Shown here: positions 25,085 to 36,388 of the stretch, piece after piece
How the letters are laid out: each line of letters begins with the position of its first letter
Position numbering within the stretch: the stretch's first letter is position 1
Assembly (NCBI GenBank): GCA_051362555.1
Contig: CM120647.1
Span: 2,108,001-2,172,000 of the forward strand
Source: Lingula anatina
Taxonomy: Eukaryota > Animalia > Brachiopoda
DNA: 64,000 nt
Reading direction: 5' to 3'
Translations under genes and position numbers: made by a program
Notes under the pieces: generated by a model
What the model saw: only the letters and a program-made list of their open reading frames with translations
Database searches by the model: none
Told to the model about the DNA's origin: nothing

Positions 25085-28000
25085 AGAAAGAGGGAGGCGG
25101 CATCGTGTACTAACCTATGTATATAGGCGACACCTTGGTCTTCACGTTCTCGTCTATAAACACTGTCCCCAGGGAGTACAGTGTGGTCCCGCCCACCCCG
25201 TGCAGCAGCTGTCCCAGGATCAGTACGTACAGGTAGTTCTGGAGGTACGAGTTCTGTGGATTAACGGTACACGCTGTGGAGTTCCCAGTGCCTGCCGGAT
25301 ATTGAATGATAGGTTAATATTGCTGAGTGAGGAAATAATGCTGTGAGGGCCGTGGTCAAGCCCTGAGTTTCAGAGGCTACTTGAGACTAACCTCTCTGCT
25401 ATAAGCACAGCTCAGCCGTTACCAGGGCCATCTGAAACTCTGGTTGACTAAACAGTTTATTCCAACGAAATAATGTGTATAAAACGCGTATTCTAAAATC
25501 AAATTAAGAAAAAAAACCAATGACGAAATGTATCTTTTAAGATTTAGAATAAAACTTTTTTTTAGATTTAAAATTCTATAAATCGTCTGTTGATTAGAAA
25601 TGGTAGCGTCTGCGACAAGTCAGTCAGTATTGAAACCTTGTGCTTTGTAGATAAAACATTTTTAAAAACTCTTTTGAGGCGATTTACTTTTTTTCACGTA
25701 ACAATGTGACAATATAAAAATGCTAGTTCAACTCTGCGTTGACAGCATTGTGTGTGGAAATTAAATCAATGGAGATTATGTCTGCACTTTCCCCGCGTTG
25801 GCTGTCGCCCCCCCCCCCTTTTACCTGTACATGTATATGCAATGGTGCCTCTCAACTGATATAACATTACCTGTACATGTATCTGCAATGGTGTCCCTCA
25901 ACTGATATAACATTACCTGTACACGTATCTGCAATGGTTCCTCACAACTGATATAACATTACCTGTACATGTATCTGCAATGGTTCCTCTCAACTGATAT
26001 AACATTACCTGTACATGTATCTGCAATGGTACCTCTCAACTGATATAACATTACCTGTACATGTATCTGCAATGGTACCTCTCAACTGATATAACATTAC
26101 CTGTACATGTATCTGCAATGGTGCCCCTCAACTGATATAACATTACCTGTACATGTATCTGCAATGGTACCTCTCAGCTGATATAACATTACCTGTACAT
26201 GTATCTGCAATGGTACCTCTCAACTGATATAACATTACCTGTACATGTATCTGCAATGGTACCTCTCAACTGATATAACATTACCTGTACATGTATCTGC
26301 AATGGTACCTCTCAGCTGATATAACATTACCTGTACATGTATCTGCAATGGTACCTCTCAACTGATATAACATTACCTGTACATGTATCTGCAATGGTAC
26401 CTCTCAACTGATATAACATTACCTGTACATGTATCTGCAATGGTGCCCCTCAACTGATATAACATTACCTGTACATGTATCTGCAATGGTTCCTCTCAAC
26501 TGATATAACATTACCTGTACATGTATCTGCAATGGTTCCTCTCAACTGATATAACATTACCTGTACATGTATCTGCAATGGTGCCCCTCAACTGATATAA
26601 CATTACCTGTACATGTATCTGCAATGGTGCCCCTCAACTGATATAACATTACCTGTACAGGTATCTGCAATGGTGCCCCTCAGCTGATACAACCCCGTGG
26701 TGAAATGTGGCATGCTCATCACTAGAGAGCCACACCCCATGATGAACGCTGCTGTCGACAGCAATCTGGAAATATGAACAGTTTATTACTGAATATATCC
26801 GAAAAATATGAGTCTCTGATTTTCCTCAAAATGCTTTGAAAATAATACTTGAAAGTGCTGATTCAAGAGAAAAGTTGGTATCCTTCTTGCCAAAAGGTAC
26901 ATTGCAGTATGTGTTTGAAAGTGACACAGGTATCAAAAGAATAAAATGTTATATAAATGTTGAAATTTGTATGGATGTGACTAAACTAATCAATGAGACA
27001 TGTACATAAATGGAAACATGTAATTAATTTAACGAATGTTGTCCATCAGCTATCACCCTACAGGATAATTCCCGTGGGAGGCACCCTGAGCTTCAGAGAT
27101 AACTTGACACTAACCTCTTCACTATTAGCCTATCTTCATCGTGTCAAGTTACCTCTGACGAAAATAGTTTGACCTAGTTTATATAAGCCAATCGAATCCA
27201 TGTTTCAAAATTTTTCACCAAAGTTTGGTGAAAACGCTGATTGGTTGACCGTCAATCGGCAATCCTCGGCTGATTCCGCAAGCTCCACACTAACAACATA
27301 GTTATTGTCGAGTGCGGAGACATCCGAGTAGTTCCGAGTGCATAACCGTACACAAAGAAAGCATGGAGTATATCGGAATTGAAACCAGAGCAGTTTGATG
27401 CCCTGCATAATTATCTACTGAGGGATGATGTATTTTGCGTGCTGCCCACAGGTTACGGCAAGTCCCTGATATTCAGCCTTATCTTTGATTGGTCCGGATT
27501 TGAACAAAGCGCGCTTTGACTCGTTCGCGTTCATTGGCTAGATCGTTCAATGAGTCATTGAGTGCGGGCTTTAAATTTGATTGGCGGGCGGCGGAGGCAA
27601 TCGAATGTGGTCAGAGGTAACTTGACACGATGAAGATAGGCTATAGAGAAGAGGTTAGTGTCAAGTTATCTCTGAAGCTCAGGGTGGCTGTACGTGGTCG
27701 CGCTTCGCTTGGGAGGGGTCTCTTACATCAATTTTTTTTTACAGAAGAGTGCATGGTATAGGAGCATTTCTTTCTTTTTTTTTTTTTTTTTCATAAAAAT
27801 TTATTTGTTTAAGTTTTCTGCGGTTGAAATCCAAGATCTAATGCATTCTCAAACCAGAATTGCGTTGTGTTGGGCAGTTGCCCTGAAGCCTGGTTTGGTG
27901 GCGGATGAGTGTGGGCACATTGTTCACAAGACAAAAATTCACTGATGTACTTGAATATATTTACGTACCTCGGTTTGTGCGCGTGCGCCCTAAAGTAACT

Positions 28001-28942
28001 AATGAGAATGACGGTGGTCCCCGCCGCAATGTCGTAGGCGCTGGAGACGAGGCCCACGCGAGAACTGGGCAGGTTAAAACGCCTCTCTACAGACGTGGTG
28101 TTCACATTGTTGATGCCATTCACAACAAGACCTGGAAAGAAGGAAAACGAGGATTCATATAATGCACACCACCATCAAGATAAAGATGTATGCAGGCATT
28201 CCATTTACAGCCATAGGGTGCTTTCCCAGAGATTTAGATCGATCTAGAGATTAAGATTTAGATCGACCTAACTCTCTGGGGGTTCACGCTAAATTGCAGT
28301 CAGCCGAGCGGGCACCATAGTTAATTACCCCCTTACAGCTTTTAGTAGGCGGGACAGACGCTTAAGCCGGCCAAGCTGACAGTAATCTAGTGAGACTCCC
28401 CACAGGGATAGATCGATCTAAAAATCTATGGAAATGGGGTGATAGATTAAGCTGGTAAAATACATTTACTATGTCGCAAGGGCACAAAATTGGACTACCT
28501 TGGAATAAGTCCTTGTGATTAGGTCGAAACGTCGTGATCTCCATTTCAAATTAAGATCCAGTATTAGATTTCTCATTATCTCAGCATGATGTGATTGGAT
28601 GAATCGAAATATTAATTTTGATAAATACTAGATTTCTTCGATTCGTGAGAAAAAGAGAATAATTAGAAAAAAAAATCAAAAGAAAAACAAAAAGGTAGTT
28701 TATTCACCTTGTATCGTAGTAAACCAGCACATGAAGACGAGAAAGGCTTTCGGGTTGTTGCACACCTGAAGCCAGCCCGGTCTGCACCCCCTGTAGCCGC
28801 ACCCCGGGGGAAACTCCGGCTCTAGGCGGAACTCGCGGTCAGCTTCGGCTTCTATCGCCTTTTGACGGACGGGATCGTCAATTTCCGTCGACATGTAGCC
28901 ATTATCGCTAGTCCGTTTTAGTTCAAATCCTTTCGAAGGCAT
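19340..28942 (-). CDS. SLCO: Organic anion transporting polypeptide (OATP/SLCO family, SLCO4-like), paralog 1, 689 aa
   Basis: 13 phase-consistent GT-AG exons: 28942-28708, 28131-27969, 26765-26653, 25291-25115, 24768-24666, 24305-24184, 23635-23520, 23064-22920, 22612-22417, 21673-21520, 20984-20803, 20214-20150, 19638-19340 (2070 nt). OATP signature DPRWVGAWWLGF, ERRF..SS..G...S.YD, Kazal-like CNAGCGC..FEPIC..YFTPCHAGC, PGPILFGAIIDGTC..W. Confidence 0.95.
19672..19783. repeat. (CA)n tracts inside a duplicated splice-acceptor segment
   Basis: GTACCGTGCCTGCAATGTCAAG occurs at ~19630 and ~19697, each copy followed by a CA tract. Confidence 0.85.
20221..20286. repeat. (AATAT)n pentanucleotide microsatellite
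   Basis: Directly visible; abuts the acceptor of SLCO exon 12. Confidence 0.95.
21797..21978 (+). mobile_element. MITE family E
   Basis: GGTGTGACAGGAATGG...CCATTCCCGTTACACC; a second copy lies at 62203-62368. Confidence 0.7.
23873..24118. mobile_element. MITE family A (fully palindromic variant), TTA TSD
   Basis: TTA on both flanks; long inverted arms; in SLCO paralog 1 intron 6. Confidence 0.8.
25821..26692 (-). repeat. 46-bp minisatellite, 19 copies, made of the SLCO exon-3 3' end plus GTAA donor
   Basis: Unit TTACCTGTACATGTATCTGCAATGGTACCTCTCAACTGATATAACA starts every 46 bp from 25821 to 26649; the last copy is the real exon end. Confidence 0.95.
27082..27686 (+). mobile_element. Internally deleted TIR transposon with RecQ-like helicase remnant (Academ-like)
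   Basis: ~77-bp TIRs CACCCTGAGCTTCAGAGATAACTTGACACTAACCTCTTC...; 27352-27480 translates TKKAWSISELKPEQFDALHNYLLRDDVFCVLPTGYGKSLIFSL (SF2 Q-motif plus Walker A). Confidence 0.8.
28216..28441. mobile_element. MITE family A, ATA flanks
   Basis: Homologous to 16318-16532; ATA on both sides. Confidence 0.8.
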
Positions 28943-29739
28943 CTTTTGTCTCTCTATATCTACTGTCTGGTTTTGGTGGTGATATTTTCGTGCGTTCCTA
29001 AAGTTTTAATGTGTGCGTTATAATGAAGTAATTCACATCCGGTCAGATATCAGACCGACGGCGTGTCATTATTTATAACTAATATTCCAGGTATTGATTT
29101 GCGCACCTGTATCCATTGACGTGACGTAACGTTGACGTGACGTTGACGTGAAGTAATTTTTGAAAAGAATCACATATAATATCCGTATCCTGCTTAAAAA
29201 TTAATATATGTTTGAAGTCTTCTCATCGCTGTGTGTGTCTTATAGAAATTCTGTTTCACTAGATATCCAGTAGTGTATATCGGAGTGATCAGTCTCCACT
29301 TGGTCTCTGACAATGTTCACTTGGTCTTTTACAATGTTCACGACGTTATGGTATATCGTTTTTTAATCAGATACTTCCACAGATAACCACGCAAGGGTAG
29401 GTTACGCAAGACGTTCAATTCTTGTTAATAATGCACGAGCCATCACGTTCCATTGTTTGAATGTAGGCGACTGTCTTCGTCATATTAGACAATATTAGGC
29501 TTCTGAAAGGATAAAAATAGAACGAAATAAAACAGTTTATAACGTGTATATATAACACATTTAAGTGTACCCGCACAAAAATGCAGTAGTAACGAGGTAG
29601 CATAATAGCATTAGTGCAGCAGTGGTGTGGAATATGTTTGTAGTAGAGATGCAGTATAGCCTACTGTACTTCTACGCAAAAAACACATAGGGATGTACAG
29701 AGAGAGGAGAATTAATGCCAATTAAACTGCTTTTGCAAC

Positions 29740-30280
29740 TCAGACTGCATTTTTATCCAATGTTTCTTTTTTTTTTTTTTTTTTTTTTTTTTGTAAATTT
29801 GAAAATCATAAGAAACATGGTTTTCCCTAAATGATAATTATGGCGGCAGTACCCAAAATAGGGTTTTCTTCAATTTTGATACAATATAACAACGTAATGC
29901 TTAACAGCATAATGGACAGCGATTTTAATAATAAAATATAAGTATCATGGATATTAAAATATGTCTTCAAGTCCATGGAAGTTCAAAGTCACACCTTAAA
30001 AATGTCAATATGTGAAAATTAGAATTTCACAAAAAAATGCGTAACTTCGAGAAAAACCAATCAAATAGACTGGTTTTCTAACTAAAGCTGCATTTTATAC
30101 CTATGTTTCTTTTTTGTAAGTTTGAGAATAGTTAATGACATGGTTTTCTTTTAATGGTCATCATGGCAGCAGTGCCCAAAATAGGATTTTCTTCAATTTT
30201 GATGCAATATTACATTATGCTTAACAGCATAATCACCACCAATCTTTAATTATGCATTGTAGGTAGCATAGATATTTGGT
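29740..30280. repeat. Diverged direct duplication (~200-bp homologous blocks ~340 bp apart)
   Basis: CTGCATTTT...ACATGGTTTT...GGCAG(C)AGT(A/G)CCCAAAATAGG(G/A)TTTTCTTCAATTTTGAT...ATGCTTAACAGCATAAT occurs twice. Confidence 0.75.
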
Positions 30281-30439
30281 ATCGATTACTTGCTTTCCCG
30301 CAGTGCCACTGATGTGAATAGGCTCTTTCACATTTTTTTCTTTCTGTAGTCAGCAATTATTCCCTAGTCTTCCCAATATTCAGTACCAGATCTTACTAGT
30401 TGCTGCCGAAGTTCGTGCACCCCTGCAATACAGTGTATC

Positions 30440-30621
30440 CAGGCCCGTAGCCAGCAATTTCAAATAGGGGGTCTTTTTTCTGAAAAAGTGGACCTTTTAC
30501 CATGAAACCTCAGTGATAGGATAAGATAGATAACATTTTACCCAGAGGAAACCTTTTCCCGGCAAAAGGGGGGTTCTTTCGAACCCCCCGAACCCCCCTC
30601 CCCCCTCCGGCTACGGGCCTG
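30440..30621. mobile_element. MITE family D-related, 5-bp TSD
   Basis: TIR CAGGCCCGTAGCC/GGCTACGGGCCTG; GTATC on both flanks. Confidence 0.85.
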
Positions 30622-32893
30622 GTATCAAATTTAATTTATTTTATACATAGCCGGCAGTTACATTGGCTGAGTTTTCACGGTCTGGCTTATGCATGTACCC
30701 TGAGGAAAATAGGTTATCTCAAGACGCGGGGTGGTGGGGTGTGTGGGGGGGGGGGGGGGGGAGGAGGTGAACTAGGTGCCTTGTCTCTCTCCGGACCCGC
30801 TTATATTGATTCAAGTAAACAGAACTCATTGATAGAAGTTGTAAAGTTAAACTTTAAACCGACGTTATCATCAAAGTGCACAGACGGCAGGTGATATATA
30901 TATTGTACATGTAACCAGGCCAAGGCCTACTCTACGTACTTTGCACTTACGTCACTGTCTGCAGTTTTGAATGGTGATACTGTGGTAAATGGAGGCAAAA
31001 AAAATAGCCATCTCCCCCCCCCCCCCCCCATAGTGCTTAAGGGCCTCATAGTGTACAGAGAAATGTGACATAATTCAGTAAAATATCAGTAAAGCCCAAC
31101 CTTATTTTAGTTAACCGTCAGTTGCCCTGTGGCGACACTGATTTGTAGCAGGTTGGTAAGTGAAATCCAACTCTGTGTTTAAATAACTTCCTTGTGGATG
31201 ACAAAGGGTGGCATATCCCCCCCTCCCCACCACACACGCACGCGCACACACACACGCACACACACACACATACACATAACGCAAACTCACCCGCAGTTCT
31301 TAAAAATATAGCGAGTTTTACCAGCTTTAAAAACGTAACCAAGTGGAGGAAAACAGCAGATAGTATTTACATGTATATAAGTGGAAATTCCACAATCAGC
31401 ATGTTTTGTGACCAATGAATATTTAGTTTAACTCTCTTGGAGAGGGGCGGTCTTTGAAAATGGTTTTCGCCACGTGTCGGTCACCATACCTGTATGCAGA
31501 AAATATAATTATGATAATTATAGTAATATGTAAACAAAAGAGTGACCCTTAACACAGACACGCCCCATGAGTACACGCCGTGTATATCAACGTCCCAAGG
31601 CCGCCTGCACCGAGCCACGGGTTCTGAAGCGCAATAAGAAAACTGACAACGTGCCCCTCGAAGCACGCCGCTAGCGTGTGGGCTAAATACGGGCAACAGC
31701 CACGACCGGACGGGACCCGCGTGACGTCCCTGTTGTAGGAGCTGACCCGGCGGACCCGCTGACCAAGTTGGTCATACAAGTAGCGTGTGGAGAACGTTGA
31801 AGGTCTGCGGAATATTCAGAAAGTTGTACAGAAAAATTACCAGGTACTTTACCTGAACGGATGACTGCCCTGGCAATGACGTTATAGACGTAGATCAGGT
31901 CAATGCCCCGCTACATCTTGTAATATATGGCCCGCGATAACGCTTATCTTACTCGTTTGGAACAAATACGTACCAATTTAGCTCTTTACGGCGGCGTATC
32001 ACGCGCCGCCGCTGACTAAAATACTTAAAAGGTTCTTCATTTTACTTGGAAACGAAAATTGCCTTGAACCTGGTTATGTCGACTATTTGAGTAACCAAAT
32101 TCAGAGATGTGTCACGCTCTTCCCAAGGTTCCCATATATTGATACATACTGTATGTACATGTACAAACACCAGTTGACGTTTTAACGCTTACCTTACCTT
32201 CGGACGAAATCATCTTTCTCTCCGACCTGCTGCGAGATATATCCCCGGATGACATCTCCAAGGGACAAGTAGCTCCACTGATAAAAACTGATAGCAACCA
32301 CAAGGCAGATGCTGCAGGGGGGGGGGGGGGGGGGGTGCAGCGACACGGGCCGTCAATCTTACCGAATCAGAACCGAAAACTACAGTCGATTTTTTGTGTC
32401 TGTGCATGGATGTCGTCTGCCTTTTTACACTTATCAGAACAAAACCTTGCCACCAGTCTTAATGAGAAAGGAAAACATAAATGGGGAAATATTCTGTTGG
32501 AAGTTCAGATTAGTTGTAACAAAGTAGGACCGTCCCTAGATCGTTCCAAACTAGACCATTGTAAACGTGTCCCTGACGGATCTTGTCTCAGGCGACATCA
32601 GTGGTCAGAACATTCTTTGGGTGGGCAAGTAACCGGAGGAGCGAGGCGCAGATATCCTTAATAGTCTGACTTAAATGTCCTTATATTGTGTACAGTTATT
32701 AAAAGGCTGGTTTGATATAGGCTTTTCTGATCGTTTGTTTATTTTTTTCTTTTCTATTTTTTTCTCCTCTCTCTCGTAAAGAAAATATATTGGAGGTAGC
32801 AAATGTAAAATTCAAATGAAAAAATCAAATACAAGACAATGCAAAAAACATACGCTTTAGACTGTAGTTATATGTTGCAGAGTGCTGGCCGGG

Positions 32894-32896
<3 letters not shown>

Positions 32897-32953
<57 letters not shown>
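32897..32953. repeat. (TA)n microsatellite
   Basis: Directly visible. Confidence 0.95.
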
Positions 32954-32958
<5 letters not shown>

Positions 32959-34319
32959 GAACGACAGACCAATTTTTCAGAAGTTTGCACCAGTGAGGGA
33001 GCATTCACATGGTAGATAGATCCGCCCCTTTCACCTATCTCAGAAGATACCTCAATTGACTTATTGCATTGGCTAAGCATTATCTAAAATTTACCTCAAC
33101 AGTTTACTGATTGGCAGCGTACAATAATTACGACGCTTTCCTGAAACTACTGACGGTAGTGGTCTCACTGAACCTCAAAGAAGGAAGTACAACCAGGATT
33201 TCCTGAAGTATATCCTAGCAGCTGAATTCCTTGGCATAGGCTGGGATATAATTTTAATGATATTGATGGTCTATACTACATCAAATACACTGAGAGTGAC
33301 ATAACAGACCATTATATTGCCCCTGGTGGCTTTCTATAAATTATTCTTCAGTTCATTTGCAATCATAAATTTATTTCTCTTATTTGTAGCCAAATCAAGG
33401 ACATCGATGGGAGGTTTCGGCAGAGAAATACAAGCAGCAGTAGTGCACAGAGGAAATTCTGACATTCCAACGGCCACGTATAAACCATGAGTCACACGTG
33501 CCATATACAGCAGAAAACAATTGACCCCTCTTATCATAACCAACAACAACAATAAAGATCACATTATAGAAACGCCTGACATTTAGACACAGTCACACCA
33601 TTGTTTCAATAGTGATAGGAATAACACAAAATGAATACACCAAAAAGATATGTGTAGCGATTGTTAGATAAATGTAAACATGCAAAAATATTTACTCCAA
33701 GGAGTGCTCGCATATATTGAAGACTACGCAATACTGTTGTCGACTTTTTTTTTAGCGTTTGATGCATGTTATATCAAACTCAAAATAATATCATTTAAAT
33801 ATACGTAGAATATAGAATATCACTTTTTTCACTTGCCGAGTTAAGAGTCGAGTTAAGAGTCGAGTTAAGATGTAAAGATGTAAGCGGGCGTTTTCTTTTT
33901 TCATTTTTTTTCCTAGTTTCATCATGTTAAAAAGGTGGATTTTAAATTAACTAAAAAGAACACGGGTTAAATTCAAACAGCAGAACTCTACTGCGCGGTC
34001 TGCTTGAAATGCACCTGCAAATCAAGGCTGATAAGATCAAATCTGGGATAGGGCGCAAGGTGATGACGCGAGGTTTTACCCCCGGAGGGGGGAGGGGGTA
34101 TTAGCAGAGTTTATGAAGGGGATTGTGTACTGCAGTTGCTGTGTGAGCGGGGAGGGCAGCCATGTGAGTATTGGGCACACATGAGATGATGGTTTTGGAT
34201 CACGCAAAAACAAACATTTCGAGATATGCCCTAGTAATATAGATATCAAACTTTAATAACGACCTGATAATAACCGGTCGTTTAGTGTAAGCTATCGAAC
34301 GATCAAGTCTTGCTAGGAG

Positions 34320-35800
34320 TACACAGCGCTGAGCCCCAGTGATAGTCCTGCATCTGTGCCTTTTCTACGCTTCAGCTTATGTGGAACCCTCAGAAGGGTG
34401 CCCCTCCCAAAGTACGCCTGCTGCAACACAAAATTAATGAAGCGTATACGTATGAGTTTGAGTTTTCCCAGTGTAAACACGATAATGGCATCGAGACCAA
34501 TCTCTATTCAAGCATTAATATCCACAGGGCACACATGGCTTGGTATTGGTCTCCTTGTCACAGTCAGCTGGCTGTCCTTGTACACTGGTAGCTGTGGACT
34601 TCTTATCTGGACCAAGTACTTGTGTCTGTACACGGGTCATCCTAGGGACCATCCCCAGACCCTATCGTACTAACTGTGAATCGAACTATCTCCGTGGGGA
34701 TTCTGGCTAAATTGCAATCAATTTAAGCGGCTTAGATGTCTGTCACGCCTTCTGAGGCTGATAATTAACTATCGTTTAGCAGCTTTAGTGGGCGTCCCAG
34801 ACGTCTAAGCAGCTTGGGCTGAAAGCAATTTAGAGAGAAACCCCTGGGAGATGGATCGATCCTGTTAGATCGATCTAGATATGGGAATCCAGTGAGAGTA
34901 CAGGACTGATCAAATGAAGGTGGGGGGGGGGAGGCAGGACCGGCGCAAACCCTCCGTCTGTGTCCTGACTCACAGGGTCGCGGGGATTGTAAATTACGGA
35001 AATTAATTTCCTCACATTCTGGGGGATCGAAAGGTATTATTACGATACTAGGCGCATAGGAATCACTTGTATGTGTATGTGTGCTTAAATAGGGATCAAT
35101 CTCAACCTCGCTTTGTGACTTCATTTTGTTGATTCCTATAAGCATATTGAGAAATAAAACCATCTATTATAAACTTATTTATTTTATATACAACAATAAA
35201 CCCGTAACGGAAATGCCTAAAAAGTGCTGAACATCCATGTTTTATATAAAGCTAACTTATTTACAGTCATCAGTGTTTTATCTCCATATACAGAAAGCAA
35301 CTGGTTTTAAAATATTATTGATTTAAAAGCCAAAGAAGTCTAATCAGGGCACCATTAGCAAGATTCTGGATTCAATTAATTTTACTTCCTAACCTCAAGG
35401 GGGCATTGGATCTAAACTCCCTGATCAGACGCTTTCCACGTATTCATTTTCATTGTGTCTGTGTACGTGTGCGCGTGTGTGTGGGCGCGTGTGGGGTGGC
35501 GGGCGGGGGAGGGGGCAGTCGAGGATTGGCCAAGAAAGATCATTTGGAAGACTGTCAGAAAATATCTCTGGATCGGCCCCTGCCCCGTGCGCCTCTGGTA
35601 GCATTGTAACTACCGGTATTCCTAAGGTGCTTCCCACTCACCTTCGTACACCGGCGTGCCCAGTGGAGGGCGTGAACTCGGTACAGGACCCCGGGGAAGG
35701 GGGTGAGCCAGACGTCAAGATAAAACCATGATAAATGAACACACCTTGAATGTTCCACTTAATCCAATGCTTCACACCTGTCCGCAAACAGACTGCAGTT
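34320..35800 (+). pseudogene. Probable decayed rhodopsin-class GPCR pseudogene
   Basis: Colinear degenerate motifs in shifting frames: TM2-like ALSPSDSPASVPFL, TM3-like KYACC...MSLSFPSVNTIMA then DQSLFKH*, TM4-like LGIGLLVTVSWLS, TM6-like VFLRCFPLTFVH (~35616), TM7-like LNVPLNPMLH (~35746). Interrupted by MITEs. Confidence 0.35.
34681..34893. mobile_element. MITE family A, diverged and left-truncated
   Basis: Right end GATCGATCTAGATATGGGAATCCAGT; internal blocks match the 23873 copy. Confidence 0.65.
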
Positions 35801-36299
35801 TACCCCAGACAGAGCATCACATCAGCGATATCATTTCTACGACGATACTGACACAGATAAACAATGCAGTTGTTAGATGTGCTTCACACAGTCCAAAAGG
35901 ACAAATATGGGGTTGTCTGCATTTATGTTGGGTTGAAACTTTTCAGCGCGCCTCTTCTCTGTGGCTGGTCTGATGACGCCGAGATCATGCCTGCCAGCAT
36001 TCAAGGGCGCTACGTTTCCCCGCCGAGCTCAAGGTCGCTGGACAGGACACACAGTATATCCTGGAGATGACACCAAGGAAGGTCGACCCAGCTTCTGGTG
36101 TAAACGCGCCTTTACTTATATACCCACGTTTTAAAAGTATGAAGTAGTCCGAAAAGTGGACCGTCAAGACGTCAGTCAAGGAGCAGTGTCAATATATCGT
36201 AAACTTTCAGTGTTTACCCGTGCTTTATTGGCCTGTCATGAGCCGCCGACGAACAATATACTGCTTTGTGGACTTAAAGTTTTAAGTCTTTAAATCTAC

Positions 36300-36319
36300 C
36301 TCTCTCTCTCTCTCCTTCC

Positions 36320-36385
<66 letters not shown>

Positions 36386-36388
36386 GCG
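36300..36388. repeat. Compound (CT)n(GT)n(GC)n microsatellite
   Basis: Directly visible. Confidence 0.9.

Noticed and set aside
25821-26692. Regular array resembling CRISPR
   Set aside because: Units are contiguous with no unique spacers, derive from a host exon, and there are no cas genes; the context is eukaryotic.
34642-34680. Minus-strand FTVSTIGSGD resembling a K+ channel pore motif (TIGFGD)
   Set aside because: The filter aromatic is missing, a stop follows immediately and there are no flanking TM helices in frame; the plus-strand GPCR-like reading explains the region better.
34765-35163. 132-aa ORF, and similar short ORFs with DRSIP/DRSKY-like peptides (3236, 24067, 28362)
   Set aside because: These are translations of family A MITE palindromes rather than genes.
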